Shown in pieces: positions 1 through 12,640 of a stretch of 64,000 nucleotides of DNA (position 1 is the stretch's first letter; each line of letters begins with the position of its first letter). The DNA comes from Camelus ferus. Its lineage: Eukaryota. The position numbers were made by a program, and so were the translations under genes. The notes under the pieces were generated by a model. The model saw nothing but the letters and a program-made list of their open reading frames with translations, was not told the origin of the DNA and made no database searches. The stretch spans positions 66,404,001 to 66,468,000 of the forward strand of contig NC_045696.1 of NCBI RefSeq assembly GCF_009834535.1, in the 5' to 3' direction.

Positions 1-199
1 CGTTCTTTCAATTCCCCAATGTGATTTGATATGCGTGGGAGCAGCCAAAAAACAACCAAACTGTTCTCACTCTCTCCCCTCCATGCTAGGCAAGCTCCAC
101 CCTCCTCTCAACCAGCCACGTGATTTTATCCAATGCCTTTCTTCCTCATCATCTCCCATTTTCTCACTTCTCATTTAATATCTCTTTAGTTCCAAACAT

Positions 200-650
200 C
201 TTGATTCAATTCAATTCAAGTTAGGATAAGAAAGATATAAATATCTTGAAGATGTAATCTAGCTTTTTAAGAAATTTAAAGTTAGAAAAGTTCTCCAATG
301 ATGATGTCCAGTGGTTAAAAAACAAAACAAGCCAACAGTTAGACAAGAAATACAAGAAAAGTATTACGAAATTGCAAAGAATTGAAAGATCACATCTTGT
401 TAGGGAATTAAGACAAGCTTTTATGGAGAAGCCTTGAAAGATGGTTTTATCATGAAGTGCCTGAGCAGAGACATCCCAGGAATGGCAGAGATACTTTTGG
501 GGAACAAGGAATAGTCTGATTTTTCTTAGGATTCTTAATAAGTAGAAGTAGTAGAGTGAGAAAGGGGTTGGGGACGTTTTGTGGAATGTTTAGAATATCA
601 GCATAAACAATGTACAGCTGATTTGATGGTCAATAAAGAACTCTTTAAGG
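200..650 (-). mobile_element. Degraded L2 LINE fragment
   Basis: Purine-rich stretch after a ttcaattcaattcaa tail-like run, resembling antisense L2 3' region; highly diverged. Confidence 0.4.
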
Positions 651-1339
651 TGCAGTAGCAGTGTTTATGACTGTATTTTTATGTATTTCCATATATTTTG
701 CTGCCCAGTTTCAGATTCTACAATATTTAAATGTAAAATATAACAACATTCACAATCTAATCAGAAGATCTAGCCAATTCCTCTACTTAAAATATAAATA
801 TTTGGGTTATGACTTAAAAGATTTCAGAAATCATTGTTTTTTATGCTTTAAATTATTTGGGGACAAAAGTAAACATATTCATGCCAGTGTGTTTGTATAT
901 TTATTGGTCTCATTACAAGCCATAACACATGTCAGACGAATAATTCCAATCACATTCTTTTACCTATTGTAAACATAGAGAAAAATTCAAGTGTTTTGGT
1001 ACAATTCACTTGATACAGAGTTGAAGAAATTTCTCTTTTTATCGAAATTCAAAGAGGAAAAGAAGCTATGTTCTGAATTGTGTTACTACCCAAAGGGAAG
1101 ATAAAATACCTTTTTTTTTTAAATCATCAACCGAGAGTTTTATTAGTCTCATAGAGAAAATCCAGCCGTTATAATAAATTCCTGTGGGAAAAAAGTGGAT
1201 CATTTATAAAACAACTGCTTTGCAGAGTGTATACGTTTGCTAATCCACATTTGCAGAGATGCTGACCATGCTAACAATCTGTTCTTCGTTCTATCTACAC
1301 CCATCTTTACAATCACTAAAGTAAAACAAATCTATCTTC

Positions 1340-3790
1340 CCTCTCTCTTTTCTCTTCCCTTGATAATTTCACCAAGGATCAGCAATTTTACCAGTTTCTT
1401 CCATCAATCAACATTTGACTTTTGGAGGGATCTCCACACTGCATTCATTTATTTGATATTTATATCTAAATTCTCTCCATCTTTCATTTGATTTTATTTG
1501 GATTTAACTTACTATTATTTTTTTAAAAGTTTCTTGAGATGGATGAGCTAAGGGTCATTTGTTTTCTGCCTCATTTCTTTTCTCCTACATGAATTTAAAG
1601 GTAAAAATTTCTCCCTAAGCATAGTTTTCCCTGAATTCTCTATGCTTCAAAATGTAGTATTTATGTTATCATTCAGTTATATGTATGTTCTACCTTTCAT
1701 TTTTATTTCATTGGTCCATGGGCTATTTTAAAGCTCATTTCTTAATTTAAAAAAGTGACAATTTTTTGTTCTAGCTATCTTTTTAAAATCATTATTTTCT
1801 ATTTTAGTTGCATTTTAGTTAAAAGACATTGTGATGTCAGTCCATTGAAATGGACTATGATTTACCTTATGATATAAAATTTGTCAATTATTGTAAATAT
1901 TCCTTCAGTAATTGAAAAAATACATATTCTGAAGTTTGGGGTGTAGTATTTTATGTATATCAATTAGATCAGTTTTTATTTATATTTTTCAAATATTCAT
2001 TGAAGGATTAATTTTTATTGTTTTGTTAAGTAACTTTCATCTTATATAGTTTGAGTCTATTATTATTTGAGTCTGCATTATTATTTGCAAACTTAGAATT
2101 ATGTCTTCTTTATAAATTAAATTTTTAATCATTTTGAAGTTACTTTTTCATCGCTAGAATTGCTTTTGGCTTTGAAACTCTTCTTGTCTGATTTTACAAT
2201 AGCTATTCTGGCTTTCTTTCAGTTAGTATTTGCATAGTATATTTGTTTCCATTCTTCCACTTTCATTTTTTTGATATCCTTATGTTTGAAATGTGTTTCT
2301 TATAAACAGTATGAAACTTTAATTTATCCATATGATAGTCTTTATCTTTCAGTTGAAATATTTAGACTCCAATTAGATTTAAATGCAAAAGTTAAATTCA
2401 ATGTAATTACTGATATATTTTGTTTAACTCTACATTTTTCAATTTACCCTCTTCTTTTATATCTATTTTTCCTTCCTTTATTTCATTTACATTTATTATT
2501 TTTTACTTTATTTTCCCAACTATATTAACTTGAAAGTTATATGCTCTCTTACTCTTCTTTGAGATGTTTACAATATTATTTTACAGGTTAAAACATGAGT
2601 TGTTGATTTGTTAATTCTAATATTCATCAAATTTTTAATCTTTGTCTTATATAAGGGCCAAAGAATTCTTTAATTCCATTTATCCCCTTCATGACCAAGA
2701 TGTCATTGTTGTAATGTATTTCAGTCCTATCTGTTCAGTAAACTTAGGAAGACATTACTGTTAATAAATTGGTTGATGTTTATTTCTGTTGATCCTCATC
2801 ATTTTCAGATTCATTTGTAATTTTCTACTTGTGTCTGCAACCTTCATTTTGAGATAATTTTATTTCCGTCTAAAGAGCGTCCTTTCATGTTTCCCCTAGT
2901 ATGGGTCTGCTGGCTTTCAATTCTCTAATTTTGTTTCTGTTAAAATATTTTAATTTTAATCTTTATTTCTAAAGGACAGGTAGAGAATTCTACATTAGTA
3001 GATGTTTTCTTATAAAACACTGGATTTAAACTCTAATGATTATTGAAAAGTCAGCTGTTAATTTCTTTGAAGATAATCCCTTTTCTGGCTGCTTTTTCAT
3101 TAAGTTTATCAATTGCTTGTTCTTTTCCTGAAATACATTTATTTGTCAGTAACTTCTTCTTTCGAATTAAAGTGATTGACTTTTTTTTAGTTAATCTTTT
3201 GAAACTGATATCTTATGTTAGCATATTGTGAATAAATATCATAGCTGTCCAATTTTGACTTTGCATTATATTGCTTTAGTGGTCTTATTTATGATTAATT
3301 TTTATAAGTGTTGCATGATTATTTAAAAATAATGTATATTATCCAATAGTACAAATATCAGTACGCATCTGTTCAAGTATTTTAAAGTAATCAAATTCTT
3401 TTTATTGTTGTTCACTTTTGCTTATTATATTTGCCAAAGGCTGTGAGTCTTCCAATATGATTGTCATTTTGTGTACTTCTAAAAGTTTTTGCTTATGATT
3501 ATTCCATCCACAAAAGTTCTGTCTAGCCACTGTGAATTAAATGTTTTTAAGTATAAAATGATCATTTTGATTTAATGTAACTCTTTTTGCCTTGAATTAT
3601 CTTTATTTTTATTGCTATTGATACCACAGCCTTCTTCTTGTTTGCATTTGGCTGATTTATTTTTGTTATCATCCTTTTATTTTAACCTTTGTATAACATT
3701 TTGCTTTAAGGTAGTCTCTTGTATAGTTAAACTTTATTTTATTCTCGAGTCTTTGTTTCTTCATAGGGAATGTATCCCATTTGTATTTTT
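1340..3790 (-). mobile_element. Ancient L1 (L1M/L1ME-type) ORF1-ORF2 fragments
   Basis: Very T-rich antisense L1 signature (e.g. tttaaaggtaaaaatttctccctaagc, caatagctattctggctttctttcagttagtatttgcatagtatat); no intact ORF. Confidence 0.75.
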
Positions 3791-4059
3791 CTCTTCTTGC
3801 AAAGGCACATTATGTCTGCATAATATTAAGTATGTGTTTTCAAATGTCACCTGCTCCTTTCAAAATGAGAAATGCCACATTACTTGATATACAAGTATAG
3901 GAACTATCCTATATATAATAATATTTCTATACAATTATATAGAATTCACAATTTACAATGTATTTGTGTAAACATCACTTTAACCATTATATAGAAAGCA
4001 TCAAGCAAAATGTTAGTTACATACTTCGCCTTCATCAAAGTTGTATATATTGAATTGAA

Positions 4060-4240
4060 TTGTAAGTTCTCCCTAAAATCTTGTGAAATAGGCAGAACAG
4101 ATCTTATCTCATTAACATAGAAGAAGAAACTGGTCCCATAAGTGGCCTGGTTTGTACAGGGTCATACACCTTTTAATAAGAAGGACGTCAGGACTCAAAC
4201 CCAATTCTAAAAATTTCAGGTACATTGTTTTTCCCTTGAA
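4060..4240 (-). mobile_element. MIR SINE
   Basis: Antisense MIR core: atagaagaagaaactgg...cagggtcatacacc...ggactcaaaccca. Confidence 0.6.
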
Positions 4241-6216
4241 CTTGAAGTTTCAATTTTACTTTTAAAGCTCGCAAAAGTGCATTCTTTCTCCTTTGGTGCA
4301 TAACAATACACTAACATAGTCCCATCATTCAAATTTTTAAAAAATTTCAACAACATCGTCTGCCACAAATAGGCTGAGATAAGACTCATATTGTTTCTTA
4401 AACATTTATGGAGCCCGATAAAATTAAGGTATATTATTATCTGGCATCGATTCCTCTCAGTTGAGTGATTCTACTCTGCACTAACACATATGGAAGAATA
4501 GCAAAGAGTTACAAATCTCACTTGATTAGGGCTTACAGAAGGGGATCATTTTAAAAGAAAAGACCTTTCTGAGCTTCACACTTTGCTAGACTTTTTAGGG
4601 AAGTGACTGGAATGAGTCAGCCTGATTCTGTGGGGCTGGACAGGAGTTAGCCTAGACTTTTCTGAAAGGATGGTAGCAAGGTAGAAAGTTTTACCAAGCT
4701 ATAGTAAAGATCTCACAGTTCCATGCCTCATAACTTCCGTGGATTAGACACGCACACAATCATTTTCTCAAAGTGGAGGGAGAGAAAACCCTCCATGATG
4801 AGAGTATCAGCTCATGTCATCACTACTGCGTGCTGAATGTATAAACAAGCAGATGTTTCCAGTTGTAACATTTAAAACCATTGAATGTCTTTTTCTTTAT
4901 AGTTTAGTGCTATTTAAAAGATCCAACTTCTCTGTGACAACTGGTCAGGCAAGTGGAGAGAGAAATCTTAGCTGTAAAAAGCGTGTCAAAGTTAGAAAAC
5001 TTCAATGCACTCTAATTGTCCCTTAGGCTGAGCGCTTAGTCCCTGTGGCTTTATTATAATATCATTTCCTAAAAGGTCCTTGAGGAAATGCTAATAGGAA
5101 GTTTTTATGAAAAATAATGAAAGAAAAATGTTCCTTTCATAATTTAATTTTAATATTATATTAAGAAATATTGAACATATTTTGTATCCTTTTATTATTT
5201 AAAAAAATGCAATATCTTGCATGTTTCTCTTGAACAAGTTATACAAAAACAGATTCTGTGGCTAAGGAGAGAAAACAAACAAAACAAAATCTTGAGGTTC
5301 TCAAACTATGACTGAATTAAATAAGCAAAAAGTCAGATTTCCTCAAAGTAAATTAAACAATCACAGCCTTTGCTTTAAAAAAGCGATAATCTTTCCAAGA
5401 TGTAAGCATAATGATGTTTGGAATAGCTTAATTTAAAACTATCAGCTTACTACTGTGTCATTCATTTTCTTCTCTTTAGTACAATGGATTTTCATATTCA
5501 GTAGTACTCAGAATAAAATATGAAATATAAAATAATTTGAATTTTCTACTTTCATCTGTTATAAAGTGAAAAACAACTCATTAGAAAACAAATTTTTATC
5601 ATTGCTGGTGACAATTCAGTTGCGAAATAATTTTCAGTTCTCTACTGTATTCAAATTGTTCATAATAGTTCATGGTTCTCTGTTAGGTTTCTATCAATAA
5701 TACATTATAACCTTGCAAGTATTCCTGTGGTCTGAGGAGTTAGGAAAATCTATCTAAAACACTGGGAGACGCTTATATATAGGAAAGGAAAAAATTGTGT
5801 ATATACTTTGGAATCAGAACTAGATTTAAATTTTAATTCATCGGCTAATAGCTGTATGGCCTTGGGCAAATACATTAGCTTCCCGAGGACCTTTATTCTT
5901 GCAAGGAACACAAAGATGCGACAACTGGGAGCACTTCCACGGATGCTCAGAATGGGAAAGAGCATCAACTATTCCAATACTTTGATGTTTGAACTCTTTT
6001 AATAACATCTACACTTCAAGCTTGAAGTTCACTGATAGATACCGTCAAGCATCTATCAAGTTGAAAGAGATGTCAAGAAGAGAGAATATTTATGTGCTGA
6101 AGAGTGAGGTAGCTATTCAACATATTATTGAAGTTAAACAAAAATATAAAATATATTTTTGTTGCTATGCCCTGAATCTCAAGAAAACTCAGTAACTTGA
6201 CAGATATCCACCAAAG

Positions 6217-6700
6217 TGAGAGACTGAATATACAGATGGACAATGATCAGACTATACGTAGAAACAGAACTCTGACCCACAACCTGCAATGACCTGCCTC
6301 GAAAATTAACTTCTTATCTAAAAGAAACAGCCCAGGAAGCCAGCCTGCTATAATTGACTAGGAAGACAGATTTTTACCTCTAGTAATAATCCAGGAAGCT
6401 AACCAGTAACTCCTGTAATAATTGACCCCAAATGATCAGGACTTGATTATTAACGGTCAGCTTCCCTAATACTATTCACTTCCAATTTAGGACCAAGCTG
6501 AGAAAGTCAAATATGTGCCCCTATAGGTTCCCCACATCAACAGCCTGTAATCATGGTACCATCAGTAGCCTTCCCTTTCTTCTACTGTAAAGCTTTCCCA
6601 CTCCTCTGCCTTCCTTTGAGGCTTAACAAAAATGCAAGTGACAATGGCTAACTCCTTTGCTGTGGCACATTCTTGGTAAACAGGTTTTGCTTTTCTCCGA
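6217..6700 (+). mobile_element. ERV1-class solo LTR (MER31/MER90/MER110-like)
   Basis: Starts TGAGAGAC; contains aaacagaactctgacccacaacctgca, cagcccaggaagccagcctgctataa and ttccaatttaggaccaa as in old eutherian ERV1 LTRs; subfamily uncertain. Confidence 0.65.
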
Positions 6701-7149
6701 GTGCTGTGTGCCCGGGTTCATTCCAAGCCATTGCAAGAGCAGCGTGGAATGGATATCGCCATCAGGCTCACCTCCTGCTTCCTGTGTTTCCTCCTGCCAT
6801 CAGGTTGGGTCCTGTGTGACCTGAACAGCTACAAGAAAGGGGAGTGAAGGGACCTGTCTCCCTCACCCTGTGACCTGACCACTCCTGGCTTGTCCTGATC
6901 ACATCTGCTGCATTCCTGGCCGGCCTCCCCTGGATCATGCCCTTCAGTTACAGTGACCTCTTCTGCAATCATGACCTATCAATTTCTCCATGGTGACATC
7001 CTGGGGGTCACATGTCGGTTTATAAGGCCCCGTTTGGTAGGGCCCCCCTTATAACAATGAAGTCTATTCAAACCCTGAAAATAAAATATTTAATGGTCTT
7101 TAAATAAAAACCATTTTGGTCTTCATTTATTTCCACAAAAACAACTGGG

Positions 7150-7450
7150 ATTTAAGAAATTATTACATGTGTGCAATAGGCTCCATGTATAAGAATATTC
7201 ATTGTGACACCGTTTATGATAGACCAGTGTCCATCAATAAAGGAAAAATAGATTGTGGTATGGTTATACAATAGAGAACCTTACAGCAGTGAACGTGAAC
7301 ACATTACAGCTGTAGAGAGCAACGTGGATGAATTTCCTTTTAGGGAAGGGATATCTGTGATTATTAGAAAGCACCAGACAGGGGGACGTTAACATGCCAG
7401 TATCCGGTATTTACTGTCCTGGCTGAAGGTTACATAGGTCTTTCCTGATT
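7150..7450 (+). mobile_element. Old L1 (L1ME/MC) ORF2-end/3' UTR fragment
   Basis: gtataagaatattcattg...tgtccatcaata...attgtggtat...agcaacgtggatgaat. Confidence 0.6.
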
Positions 7451-8074
7451 TTCAATCCAGACTCCTTCGCTGTAATCTATTCCTCTCCCAGGACAAATGT
7501 CACAATTATTTATTGAACTTGAAGTCTGAGTGCAAGAGTTTTGGAACACTTCCAATTTCTGTGCAATTGGTTCTTGTTTTATGCTGAAAAGAATAAAATC
7601 TTTCCTGGGAGCAGGAGCTGCCTGTAAAATCCCCTCCTAAATTCCTGCCCCAAGCCACGTTTGTGCACGTCCTACAGCTAAACCAGGCTTTTCTCCTCCA
7701 TGGGTGCTGGGAAAGACTGACCACTTAGCATACCGGCTCTGCAACGCAACCAGATTCCTAATGGGACTCTTGCCCCTGAACGCAGCAGGGGACGAAGAAG
7801 AGTGACTTCTTAGAGTGTGACCAGGTTTCTCCTTCATAGCTAGCCCCTTTCTTAACTTATCCCATGAGGAATCAGAAAAATCTCTCTCAAATCTCTGATA
7901 TAATTTTTCCCATAAAGACTTACAAGGAAAGAGATTTCTGGTGGGGGGTTAGGGGAGGTTTCATGGAGAGGTCACACTGACATAGACTTTGAAGTCATAG
8001 CAAGTTCTTTAGTTTGTTTAGACATTTTAACATGCCATATGGACTCTTACAGCATTTCTTTTTTCCTTTCTGTT

Positions 8075-8345
8075 TCCTTTTGCAGTCATTTTAAACTTAC
8101 AGGAAAGTTGCAAAAATAGTAAAGACGTTTCCCACTTATCTCCATCCAGCACACCCTGATGGTAACACCTTAGAAATATATGTATATATATATACAAATA
8201 TATGTATATATATATATATAGACTAAGCATATACGTAGACCTATATTTGCACTTCTGTATCTATCTGTGTGTATGTATGACAACCAGGAGTTTATATTGA
8301 TATATCTGATTCTAATCCACCACCACAAGGTTCATTCTACTCTTC
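8075..8345 (-). mobile_element. L1 3' UTR fragment with internal (TA)n-rich run
   Basis: ttttaaacttacaggaaagttgcaaaaatagta is an antisense L1M 3' terminus; TA-rich run at about 8175-8220. Confidence 0.55.
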
Positions 8346-8389
8346 CTCAAAAAAACGGTAAGACACTGATGGCAGAGGAGCACTTTATA

Positions 8390-8543
8390 TTTTTTTTTAA
8401 TTTTTATTTATTTTGGGAGGGAGGTAATTAGGTATTTGTTTGTTTGTTTGTTTGTTTGTTTAAATGGAGGTACTGGGGACTGACCTCAGGACCTTGTGCA
8501 TGCTAAGCACACGCTCTGTCACTGTTTTACCTTGCCCTCCCCA
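8390..8543 (-). mobile_element. Vic-1-type camelid tRNA-derived SINE
   Basis: T-rich tail, gggaggtaattagg, atggaggtactgggga, caggaccttgtgcatgctaagca, ends ccctcccc; homologous to the copies at 28621 and 40997. Confidence 0.85.
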
Positions 8544-9429
8544 TATATTAATGTCAACAGAAACACAGATGTTCAACAGTGTTAGCTCTCCTGAAGGAAA
8601 TGTTTGGGTTTTGCATGGCTTCGGTAGGCAAAGCAGAGCTATGCTGTGAAAAATACTGCCAGACGAAAGGGAAAGAAAAAGCTAAGGCTGATAAATGTAC
8701 TGACATATACGATGGAACCACACAATTAAACCGCTATAAAAACATTTATTTGATTTATTATTGACCATAGGACTGTAACTTAAAGCTACATTCTAAGAAT
8801 GAGTACTTATTAGGAATTTAGTCTCAATCATAAAGAAATTTTCTTCTCCTCATCCATTATTCTCACTTCCCTATTCTACATTTGCTGAGCACTCAGAAAC
8901 GTACAATCTTGCTTCCTAAAAGTTGGAAAAGCTAGGTTAAGATTCATATCCTCTCTCATAATCTTGGCAGCATCTGAGATGTTCTCTGCCAAAATTCCAG
9001 GCAGCTGTGTAAAATCTGGTGCTTGGGAATTAAGTGTGTGGGTGCTATTGTTGAGTGAAAATTTACAGGTTTCCCTTTTCAGTTTCAGATTTATAAGCAG
9101 CATGAATAATAACATGCTTGGTGTAAGGTGGTAATTTTATTCAAGAAAGCACACCTAACACTGCAAAACATGCTTATGCATTTGTATTGTACAATTCTCT
9201 TCCATGATTTATACAATTATTACACTTATGAATATTCACTGACTCTGTTGATGAATTCAAGTGTACCAATTTCCTGTTGTGTAGGATGGTTTGTCCCTTT
9301 CTGTGGACTCAACACTAATACTTTACAATTTGTTGAGCTTCCTGCTCTATTCTGCTGGGCATAATAAAACTCAAGACAAAGGTAAATATGGTGCAGCACA
9401 CATATGTCTCTTTCTTCCACCAGTTCACA

Positions 9430-11060
9430 GCCGACTTCTGGCTGCAGTTCCAACAATGTAAAGAGCTTAGAAGCCATCACTCCTGTCAGAAACAGAAAAA
9501 GCAAACAAATTGAAAATCGATGACTTCTTTGACCCATCAGAGAAGTGAGATCACAGGGCACACCAACACCCTAGAGAGATAGATGAATTCAGAGAGATAC
9601 AGCTGGGAGTTACTTAACTTGAGCAGAAGATACTAAAGTTATAAATTGATAGGAACATTTGAATGATGAATTTCTAGCGGCTGAGTATAGACTACCATGA
9701 GAATGTGAAAATCCTAGGGCCTGCAGCCTTAGAAAGAGTCCCACATTTTTGTGGGTTTTACCTCCAGGAACCCCATCAGATTCTTAAACTGAAGATCCAA
9801 GAAAAGGGTTTCATGAATCTTGTGGGGGTGTGAGGGTGGGTTACCCATTGTGAAATATACAAGCATTACCCATGACAAAGGCCAGCTCTCAAGAGAAAAA
9901 GACTACCAGAGCTTTATTCCAATTGATAGAAGGGCATTTCTCCAATTTCAGTTACCTCTAGCCTTCCTGCATCCCCTGAGGTGGTGTGGCTATATCACTG
10001 AAGAAAGTCTTGTGAAGGTTGTAACCAGAGACAAAGACCTACTAAAAGACTGAGGTTTAATCGTAGAATGATAGAATGCTTCCTGTCCCCCACACCTTAC
10101 CAGCCGGTCCTAGCATTGAAACAGAAGAGTACAGCTGAAAGACCCACAAGACACAGACTTGCCCTGAGAAGGAGTGTGAAGGGAGCTCCAAAGGCAAGCC
10201 AGGAGCCAAACCCAGGAACGGAGCAGGAATTAGAAGCCTCTGACACCCGCAACTGCAGAAAACATTAAAAAGAGCCCAACTCTTAGGCAGATTAACATAA
10301 ATTCTTACAACAAAGTCCTATACACCTCAGTTCCTATTATGTGATATAGCACATCCAGTTTTTAAAAAATACGACATGCCAAAATGAGAAAATGCACAGG
10401 CTGAAAAAGCAAGTATCAGAACCTGACTCAGATATTGTAACACAGGTGTAAGAAGTATCAGAGAATTTAAAATAACTATGATTAATATGTTAGAACTTTA
10501 ATGGAAAAAGTAGACAACATGGAAGGACAGATGGGTAATATAAACAGAAATATGGAAATTCTAAGGAAGTATCAAGGGTAAATACAGTCAGTATTCATGG
10601 GGGACTGGTTTCAGAACTTCTCATGGGGACTAAAATCTGCAGATGCTTGAACCCTTTATATAAAATGGCATAGCACAGCCAGCTCTCCATAACCATGGGT
10701 GTGTAGCCACAGGTTGCATCTGTGAATTAAACCAACTGCTGATCAACCCATGACTGGTTGAATTCACAGGCACAGAACCACAGATGTGGAGGACTCACTG
10801 TACTAGAAATCTAAAATGCTGCAATGGAAATGAAGAATGCCTGTAATGGGCATATCAGTAGACTGGGCATGACTAAGGGAAGGATCAGTGAGCGGGAAGA
10901 TGGGCCAATAAACGGAAACTTCCCAAACTGAAAAGAACAAAAATAAACAACAACAACAATAACAGCAACAACCCCAGCACATCCAAGAGCTGTGGAAAAT
11001 TTTCAAAAGGTTTGATGTGCAATTTTAATACCAGAAGGAGAAGCAAGAGAAAATGGAGGT
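9430..11060 (+). mobile_element. Old L1 5' UTR plus ORF1 N-terminal remnant (L1MC-type 5' end)
   Basis: 5' UTR motifs (gtaaagagcttagaagccatcactcc, gtgggttttacctccaggaacccc) followed by ORF1 coiled-coil-like sequence (gaatttaaaataactatgattaatatg, gaaatgaagaatgcc); interrupted by a Tigger element. Confidence 0.8.
10585..10800. mobile_element. MER2-like Tigger (TcMar) non-autonomous DNA transposon
   Basis: CAGT...ACTG ends flanked by TA on both sides (10583-84, 10801-02); L1 ORF1 sequence resumes across it. Confidence 0.8.
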
Positions 11061-12404
11061 GAGGGATTCAAACTATGTTCTTGTAGGAAAGGTACAAGTT
11101 GTCTGTGTCTGAGGAAGTATGTGAATATCCACTCTGGGGGGAAGGCACAGAGCCATAATGAAACAGAAATAAGACTTAGTAGATCAGAAATGAGATCAAG
11201 AGGCTTGATCAGATTTCTTCATTTTTCAAGCCGGTCCAAAATCTGAATATCCCCACAGAGCTAGGTAGCTAAAGGGACTTCCTGCAGTAAGAGTGAGTGG
11301 CTCTCATCATGACGTTGAAAGGTCAGCCCAGGCAGGTTTGGACCACAGCTTTGCAACTCTGTTTATGCTGCCATCCTGCCGTCTACAGCATCGTCCTCTG
11401 TTACCCTTGGCTTCTCTCTACCAAGCCAAGCTTCTCCAGAGACGGAACAATAGAAGAAATGTGGAATAAAAGAAGCTATAGTAACAAAAGCTTTGTTTGG
11501 TCCTTTCTCAAACACCTGTCATATCCTCTGCCTGGTTTACAATATAATCCTGAACCACACAGTCCAGAAGAAAGCATACATTTTTTTCCCAATATTATTA
11601 TATTCTATACACAAATGTTCTGTATCCAATTCCCAGCCTGGATTTCAAGGCCTACTAGGCTATTTTTTTTAATCTAGAAAGTTAGCATAATTAATTTTTT
11701 TCCAGCAGCATTATGGGGAGTGGCTTTTAGGGAGACAAGACTGACAGCAGGACAATCAGGAAATATAGAAATAATTCATTTGATGGTGATAAGGGTGTGA
11801 ACTAAGATGGTGGTGATGTCAAGTAGAAGAGGAGGTTGATGGAAGAGTTAGGACATGGGACCAAAATGAATTGTGGGGAGAAATACAAGAAGAAGCTGAT
11901 GTTTGAGAACTATGTAAACTGAATTATGTTCCCCAGTAAGAACATATTAGAATTATTGCTTCTAGGAAACAAGGCTCACAAATATGAGTGGAACAATTAT
12001 GATATATACCTAATAGGAATAGAGTCTGTATTTTAAGGAGTCAGAGGTAAGATGGCAATAGGTAAGGGAGGCAGGTCAAGAAACGGCACACAAGCTTGAC
12101 ATATTTGGACATGATGCCACAGACAAGAAGGAGCCAATGGAGCTTCTTGAATGACGTCATGCAGCAATTTAAGGGCGAGTGGGAGTGGGAAGAGGTTGCA
12201 GGTAGAGATAAAAAAAAGCCTTTGCAGGATCTCAGGCATGGAGTGAGAGGCCCTAGAACCAGGTAGGGGCAACAGGGAAGTTGGAGAGGACTCTATCCTG
12301 ATCAAAGGCACATGACATATATGTTACACCTCAGTCTCTTATCTCTAGAGGAAATGTAGCAATCCTATTGTCACATAGCAGTGGTGAAGCTCAAAGTAGC
12401 AGTA

Positions 12405-12640
12405 CAGTATCATGGATGAGAGTCCAGGGTCAACAACCTGACTCTCTGGATTAAAATCCCAGCACTTACTAGCTGAATACCCTTGGGCAGGTTGCTGAAC
12501 CACGTGTGCATCAGTTTCCTCATCTGTGGAATGAAACTTAGAACAGTATCTACTTCATAGGCGTGGCGCGGGTGTATGGAATACACAGACACAAAGACCT
12601 CTATTCAGCACACAGCAAATGCTATGCAAGTGCTGGCTAT
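12405..12640 (+). mobile_element. MIR SINE
   Basis: cacttactagctgaatacccttgggcaggttgctgaacc...tcagtttcctcatctgt. Confidence 0.85.
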
